Shown in pieces: positions 56,466-64,000 of a stretch of DNA of 64,000 bases. This DNA comes from Octopus sinensis (Eukaryota), in assembly GCF_006345805.1 (NCBI RefSeq), contig NC_043003.1, positions 59,520,001 through 59,584,000 of the forward strand, read 5' to 3'. The notes beneath the pieces are model-generated. The model was not told the DNA's origin and searched no databases. It worked only from the letters and a program-made list of their open reading frames with translations. Made by a program: the position numbers and the translations under genes. Position 1 is the first letter of the stretch, and every line of letters starts with the position of its first letter.

Positions 56466-56570
56466 ATGTGAGTGTGTGTGTCCGAAAAAAGGCCGATAAC
56501 ACGACAATAACAAACAGGACAAAATAGGATACAGGGATCATTCGCAGCCAATTGCCTCATATATACACAA

Positions 56571-56700
56571 TGGGCTTCTTTCAGTTTCTGTCTACCATAT
56601 CCACTCACAGGCTTTGATCAGACACTTGCCTTTATTCAGGTACCGGGACTGAACATGGAACATCGTGTTTGGGAAGCAAACTTCTTACCATACAGCCCCA
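56571..56700 (-). mobile_element. SINE family A, 5' half (deleted)
   Basis: gggcttctttcagtttctgtctacc..gggactgaac..aaacttcttaccatacagcc. Confidence 0.75.
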
Positions 56701-59419
56701 CCATTGTCTATGTATTTAGTATTAGTTTTATTAATTTAAATTATTCTAATCGTTACATATTTGAATTTTTATATGTCCTCTTTGCAGCGGATTTAATTAG
56801 TAGAATATATAGAATGAGGATTGAAATTCTTTGCGCAATTAAGTCGCATCCTCTTTTTATGTTCTGGATGAAAATCCTTATGGGGTCATCAGTGGCTTTC
56901 ATCTATTCGGAATATAAAAAAGTAGGGACCAGTCAAGCACTGGATCTATGGAATCAGGAAGGACCTTACTCCAAAATTTATGGTCTTAAACCTATGTCTG
57001 AAATTAATATAGTTTGGTAACGCTGTTGATTGAAATTAATATACTTTTAATAATTTCTGTGAATAAGGGTGACAACTTCAGATATTTTCGAGCGTATTGT
57101 GATCTCATCTGTAAAGCAAAGATTTCACCGCACTTACAAAAGTTTTCTGTTAGTCTCTTGATAATATGTTCATATTTGATTCCCATTTCTAATCATTTTT
57201 ATATTTTATGTCTAATTATTTCTTTGTATGATTGTGCTCACTAACTTAATAAATATTAAGTTAGATTATTTAATCACTGTCATAATCTCTCTTTTTTAAA
57301 TAAACATCATGGTAGTCCAACAACAATGGGAGAGGCACTTTGTTAAGTTTTACCTTCCCCTCAAAGCAACATAGACATTTCAATTCAGCAGCCCATCTCT
57401 AAGCTTTGCAGTGTAAGCGTGTGATAGAGAGGGAATATTGCAAACAATGAATGAAATAAATATGAAACGGAAAAATCGTATAAATAAAGGTGCATTACTA
57501 CAGATGTATACACACGCCCCCGCGAATTTGTTGCCTCATAACATCCGGAAAAATGGATACTTTTTTAACAAAACTTTCTACAAATAGCGCTTAGATATTG
57601 TGGCTTCAGAGTATATAGGAATTTATGGGAGAGGGAATGGGGAGAGAAATTTCAGAAAATTCACATGAGCTGACTTTTTTCAGTCATAACTTTCGGGAAG
57701 ATGGGCATCCTTTAATGAAAATTTATACAAATACCTTTCAAACGCCGTAGATTACAATTATTAAGAAATTCGTGGGGAAAATTCGTTTGGGGATTTCCCT
57801 CATTTTTTTAGACCACAGCCTTCGAAATGAAGGGAGGGAGAATATTTGCATGAAAAGAATTTTGAAAACATTTTTTTATTTTCACCCCACTCTCTTATCA
57901 TCTCACTCCGGACCTATTTTGGCCAATTTGTTTTTCTTTTGCACTTCAAAACCATGGGAAGAGCATTTTCGGTAAATTTTTTTTAAAAATTGTTATTATT
58001 TTCAAAGGGAAAAGTGAGTTAAGGGTGATTTGACTGTTGTTTCTTGCACATCCAAAGACAACACTCCTCAATTCTTTATCACTCTCGCATATATTAAAGT
58101 TTTTCAATATTTTCCCCCATAAATATATTTATATGCTATAAAAAAGAAAATTTGAGAAATTATGAATTTTTTACAACCCACTGCCTGCCCTTCATTGTTT
58201 CTGTCTAGAAATTGGAGATTCTGAGAAAGTCTTTGCTGGCATTTATCCACAGTGATTTAAAAAATTATGGAGATATATTTGCATAGCAAGTGACTTGATC
58301 TGAGATCGTGTGCTGAAACAAAAACAATTGCAGCGTTGAACGTTTTGGTAAACCATTCGAGAAAACACAAATGCCTTTAGTTTCACTTCAACTTTTAAAA
58401 CTTCATTTATGTCAAAATATTTTTGCCGCTTTGAAACTGCGACCTTTTCATTGACAAATCTTCACAAAAGTGATTCAGCACAAAGTGTTGTCAGTGAAGA
58501 GTACACACACACACACGCACACGCACGCATGCACTCACATACATACACACATTCACTGTATTTCATTTGTGTGTATGTGGATCTGTGTGTGCGCGAGTGT
58601 GAATTGGTGTGTGTGTGTGTGTGCATGTGTGCGTGTGTGTGTTTTTGTCGCTGTTGAAGTTATGTTTGGAAACTGTGAATAAGGTGCAAGTTTCGAGTAC
58701 TTGTCGGTAACTTTTTGTTTTTTTCTTCTCGCCTTATAACAGTAATTATCCAACTTTCTAGGGTCTTCTCACAGCTACCCCGCGTTCAAAAAGTATGCGG
58801 GTATATATGTTTTTTACATTACCTATACATTAATAGCGAATTAAAACTTAATAGAGAAAGTGAGAGACTTTGCAAATGAAATTGGGATACTCCACAGTGA
58901 ATGCAATGAATATTTAAATTTATGATGAATTGGACACAGTGAATATTTAAATTTGTGAGAAATTGGAATTAAAAAGTTCAATAAACATGAGAAATCGAAA
59001 GTATAGGAAATTTCTTAGAACATAAATTTATAAAAAAAAAGCATTTCCAAACGGTCAACCCTTTAATAATTGCTTTCTTTTAGTAATTTTAGTAATTGTT
59101 ACATAGCTAATTAATAAACAGCTTTCTCCATTATAGTATAGATCATATCATATTATAGGTGTGTATATATATTTAGAAAAGATAGACAGACAAAAAAGAA
59201 ACGGGTAGCTAGATAGGTAGATAAACAGACTATTTCCTTCATATACGAAATGTTTTTTTTCTGTTCAATATTGCAATGTTCAATCGGAGATTGTTTCCGA
59301 AATATCAGTTAACACAGTAAGAGCAAGTTTTATGAAAGTTGTCTACGTCACATGTTGTTCAGAAAATGGAAGAGGTAAGATTTGCTGTCATTTATAGAAC
59401 TCTAATCAAAACCCCTCGC

Positions 59420-59570
59420 GCTTCTTCCTCTTCCTCTTCCTCTTCTTCTTCTTCTTCTTCTTCTTCTTCTTCTTCTTCTTCTTCTTCTTCTTCTTCTTCT
59501 TTTTTCCTCCTCCTCCTCCTCCTCCTCCTCCTCCTCCTACTACTACTACTACTACTACTACTACTAATTT
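59420..59570. repeat. Compound (CTT)n-(CCT)n-(ACT)n array
   Basis: Directly visible. Confidence 0.95.
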
Positions 59571-60498
59571 CCTGTCTCTACTACACAAGTAAACAATATG
59601 ACGCAATACTTTGGCGTTTGCCCTGAAGAAGGCCGTCATTTTGAAACGCTCGCCACTGTTATAGAGTTTATTAAATACTTACGGAATGCCTTTCCTATAT
59701 ATCAAAAACTTATTGTCCTCAATTATTAGTAATTACTTGTCAGGCACAATCTGAAGAAAACACATCCTTCATTTGTTTCATTTTCTTCCACCAAACAAAG
59801 TTTGAAACAAAAAGAAATTCGGCCAAAAGCCAATAAAAGTGGTGCTACTAAATGCGTGACGATGAACATAACATGTTGAGCGCACAGATGGTGGTCGAGA
59901 CACTAGAAAGAGAGCCAAAATGTCCTGCTCATTTCTCAGGTGTGCGCGTGCACACACATGCATACACACACACACATGCAGACGCACACACACACATACA
60001 CATACATACTCACACACGAACACATATAAACTCGCACAGAAATACATGCACATACTGGTATGGTACATGTGCTTCTTTGTGTGCTTTTATATTTGAGGAA
60101 TATACCTGTGAGGACATAATTAACTTATTGATGTATTGTTAGCTATCCTCTTCAAATTTTACCACTATCCACGTTTACGACACATAACAGTAAGTACTAA
60201 TTAAACCAGTTCTAAGGTAATTTCAGCGGGAGATATTCAGAATAGTAATTTACTACGTCAGACTTCGTACATTGGTAAGTTTAACAAAAGATTCTTTCAC
60301 ATATGTCCTCATATATTCATTACTAAGGGAAATATTTCTGAAGAATGGTAAATTCAATGAAGATATATATATTTAACAAATGGCCCTTAATTAGCTTCGT
60401 ATAAATGCAAATATAACAACGTGATCAGGAGATTAATTAGCTAATAAAATTATAAACTTAATTGCTAAATTTCTTATTGCAAAATTTGTGATAAATTA

Positions 60499-61053
60499 TT
60501 GGGTTGTCCGGAAAGTTCATGCCGATTTTTAAAGGAAAGAAAAAGGTCAATAAATACTTGCCATTACATTTTTAATCAACCAAATATGAACCATTTTCTT
60601 ACACAATGTGTCTCCATCTTTCCTTTAACTTGAAAATACCCTCTTTCCAGAATTGAGGTGGTTTCATGGCAAAGAATTCATCAAGGTATCTTTTTACGTC
60701 ATCCAAGGAATTGAAATTTTTACCATTAAGACTATTCTGCAGAGACCTGAATTAGTGGAAATCCGAAGGAGCAATATCTGTGAATATGGAGTGTGGGGTA
60801 ACACATCCCAGCCGAGCTACAGCAATTTTTTACTGGTTCCCAAAGCATCAAGTGCCGAAAATGAACTTTCTCATCTTTCATCTTAAAGGGTTACAGAATT
60901 AACACAGGTTATAGGAACATAAATCTTCTTGTACGAAAACATAGCTTAAAATATGCTCTAAATGAAGGTGTAGTCAAATGGACTCAACCATGTTCTAAAG
61001 AAAGTCGAAATGTAAGCTGCTATAAATCGGCACGAACTTTCCGGACAACCCAA
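60499..61053 (-). mobile_element. Internally deleted mariner (555 bp)
   Basis: 30-bp TIRs ttgggttgtccggaaagttcRtgccgattt (29/30 identical), TA at 60497-60498 and 61054-61055. Minus strand LGWDVLPHTPYSQILAPSDFH*FRSLQNSLNGKNF...KLKERW is the mariner C-terminus (YSPDLAPSD motif). Confidence 0.95.
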
Positions 61054-62144
61054 TATAAACTTCTTGTCTATATTTTATGGGTAAACTTTAGAGCATTGAC
61101 ATGAGATATTTGGTCTTGTCTTACTACGTTCTGAGCTCCATTGCAGCTAGTTCAAATCAATTGTTCGTACTTTTCGAAACAACTCAACGTGATCAATGAT
61201 ATTTAAATTTAGGTAAATAAGTGAAGAGAAATCTCCTGTATGTCGTACACAACAAATTAGATAACTGTATATATAGCATTAAATTTAAATCGCCATCTGT
61301 GTATTATATTAAATGTTTACAAACTGTTAGGAAGCATGAAGCTGTGGAATTGTCTGAGGTAAAATCTCTTCATTGATTTGTGTTAAAAAGACAATGTAAA
61401 TTAGAGTGAGACGAGCATCGTTTCTGCAGTGACTCGGGAGCTGGACAAGTGCGTTTCGCCATTCTTGTGGCGTCTCAATGCCGTTAATCCGATTGACAGC
61501 TGTTTAGACTAAATCCGAATGTCATTATATAGAAAACTGTTTTGTGGAAGTCTGCTGAGCTGTAGGTAAACTCTGTATGCACAATTGAGACAGCATGACT
61601 TTAAAATCGCTGTGTATAATACTAAATATTTGAACGGGTTTTGTTTAAGCAGTTGACAAATGAGTGTACAGCATTGAAAAGCTTCAAGAAAGACGAAATG
61701 CGTCTGTCATTCTCATACGTCACTGCAGCGACAATGCTTCTCATACTTTGATATATGCTATGCTTTAAACACAAGTCTATAAAGAGATATTTCACAATAA
61801 TTCAACGTTAGTATGATACGGTTAGTATGATACTCAGATTGAGATATCAAACCATGGTTGTTTATGTCTCAAATTCTTTTCCTCTACAACAATCAATACT
61901 TTTCTCAATGAATATATACATTTTTTTTTGCCTTTCAAAGCTTGGATTTTTGCTTACCAAGTATTTTCTGTATTGTTAAATATCTGGGGAGCATGTAAGC
62001 GAGCAGGCGACGTTTACTTTTAGGGAGGTCGTTTTATATTTAAATTTTGACAGAATTTGGTGATATCTGAACGTGTTGGTTGACATTAGTTCTTTACTCT
62101 GTCACCACAACTTTCTCCCACTCTTTCTTCCTGTTTCTGTTGTA

Positions 62145-62323
62145 CCAGTATTTCTAAGGGCTAGCCTTGTCACAATCTGTGTCAGGCTGAATCTCCCTGT
62201 GAACTACGTTAACGGTACACAATGTCTGTGGAGTGCTCAGCCACTTGCACATTAATTTCACGAGCAGGTTGTTCCGTTGAACGCATCAACTGGAACCCTC
62301 GTCGTCGTAAACGACGGAGTGCC
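62145..62323 (+). mobile_element. SINE family C, 3' part
   Basis: agccttgtcacaatctgtgtcaggctgaatctccc...tggagtgctcagccacttg; matches 41935-42030. Confidence 0.7.
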
Positions 62324-62338
62324 GCTATATATACATAC

Positions 62339-62379
<41 letters not shown>

Positions 62380-63027
62380 TCATACATACATACACGCAAA
62401 CATATATATATATATATATGTATATATATATTAATTAGGTAATAATAATATATAATATTTAAAGGGATAATTGCTTAAGATTGAGATGAACAAAAATAAT
62501 ACATATTTACTTCTAGCTGGTTCTCATATCTTTTCTACTGTAATGCGTAATTATTTTACATACCGGTTAAGCTGTAATATGTAATTATAATCATTATATG
62601 CTACATACTTTATTTTATTCCATAAATTGGATTTTCGAGAGCGTGTCAAAATTTGATGATGAAACTGTATAACGATAAAGTTTGACAATTAAAAACATCT
62701 TGAAAAATAGTATATCAATTTTAATAATATAAGAATGACATCAGTGATAATGACTGAGGCGTTTCACCCCTCAAGGCCTTGTGTTTTTCTCTTTGCAATT
62801 AAACCCACCAGATTTATAGTAAATAAAAGGATTTAAATCATACATAAAAGAGTTTGAGAACCTAGCAATGTAAACTGATAGAAGAAACTTTGCTGAATAT
62901 ATGTAAATAAATAATTAAATAGATAAAATATTTAAATGTTTCTATGCAGAATAAAACTGCACAACATTTATAGAAGAGTTTTTCTAAGCATATTCGTAAT
63001 CTTTACTATTATAAGTTATCTCCTTCG

Positions 63028-63062
<35 letters not shown>

Positions 63063-63073
63063 TTATATATATA

Positions 63074-63158
<85 letters not shown>

Positions 63159-63284
63159 TTGTAAAGTATATATTATACAACCCGTATACAACTGATATAA
63201 TACTTTGTGCCGCTTCGAGGTGTAATGTGACGTCGTTGTATAATGTTGCTCTGTTGCTGTGCTGCCACAGTAGCTATTACTAAT

Positions 63285-63316
63285 GCCACCACCACCACCA
63301 CCACCACCACCACCAT

Positions 63317-63400
<84 letters not shown>
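63285..63400. repeat. Compound (CAC)n-(TAC)n-(AAT)n array
   Basis: Directly visible. Confidence 0.95.
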
Positions 63401-63401
<1 letters not shown>

Positions 63402-63488
63402 TGCCCTGATGCTAAACCAGACTGTGGTTCTCATGTCTTTTGACTTTATTTAATTGCAAATATTATCATACATTTTATCTTGGTCTAA

Positions 63489-64000
63489 AAGATGGACTAC
63501 AACAAATATTCTACTCAATACCACAGAATTACTTGTCAGTTGTTTGACCTTAACCAGTTGAGCATGTCCCTGAGTAGCTGATGATATGTGCATCTCTGAT
63601 CACGAGCAGAAGTAGTGGGAGAGCATCATACCCGTGTGTTGAAAAGAATTCTTCGAGTATTGAATAATTCACCCCTAGAAACATGGGTGTTCCGTTCAAC
63701 ATACTTAAATAACCCTTATTCAGAAACCTTTTTAGCGAGATTGGCAACTCGACGCGAAGAAAATTATAACTGGGCCCCACCTGGGAGGTCATGCGCTGTT
63801 TATCTTGATACGAAGTTATTATGTCGCACACATAGGATTGTGAACCACGTACCTGTCTACCCTAAGCAGACGAGTAGTCATAATGGGTATATTCGGCTGC
63901 CTATATTTCTAGCCCAGCTCACTTTCATGGTATCTGCTACTCTCTCTCACTCTCTCAATATTAACAACAACAACAACAACCACAACAACAACAACAACAA
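63489..64000 (+). mobile_element. Unclassified probable retroposon with (CAA)n tail
   Basis: About 470 bp of higher-complexity, GC-richer sequence ending in (AAC)n at the window edge. Single copy in the window, so the class is inferred. Confidence 0.35.

Noticed and set aside
59612-59655. Hammerhead-like CTGAAGA...GAAACG
   Set aside because: Stem II barely pairs and there is no valid stem III/NUH; kept only as a possible relic.

Overview
AT-rich, microsatellite-saturated animal intergenic or intronic DNA. It is most likely from an octopus (cephalopod) genome, inferred from the SINE repertoire and the (TA)n/(TATG)n/(GATA)n load. I recognise no host protein-coding gene, rRNA, true tRNA or CRISPR array, and most ORF-track entries are microsatellite artefacts (poly-YI, -LSIY, -MYVC). 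The real coding remnants all come from transposons: three CR1-group LINE fragments, a 5'-truncated Tx1/L1-clade LINE inside a (GATA)n tract, a probable R4-clade LINE remnant, and two internally deleted mariners with TA duplications, one nested in a LINE. About 25 tRNA-derived SINE copies or fragments from four families are present, and two families share 3' tails with LINEs in this window. The least expected signal is a set of hammerhead-ribozyme (HHR)-like motifs in Penelope-like non-coding repeats. One is a near-intact minimal type I HHR (39980-40024, minus). Two divergent copies (20287-20350 and 45417-45480, minus) contain all the HHR core segments in a non-circularly permuted order, with compensatory changes in stems I and III. 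There is a 100-N scaffold gap at 18599-18698. All alignments and folds were done by eye; no database search or folding program was run.
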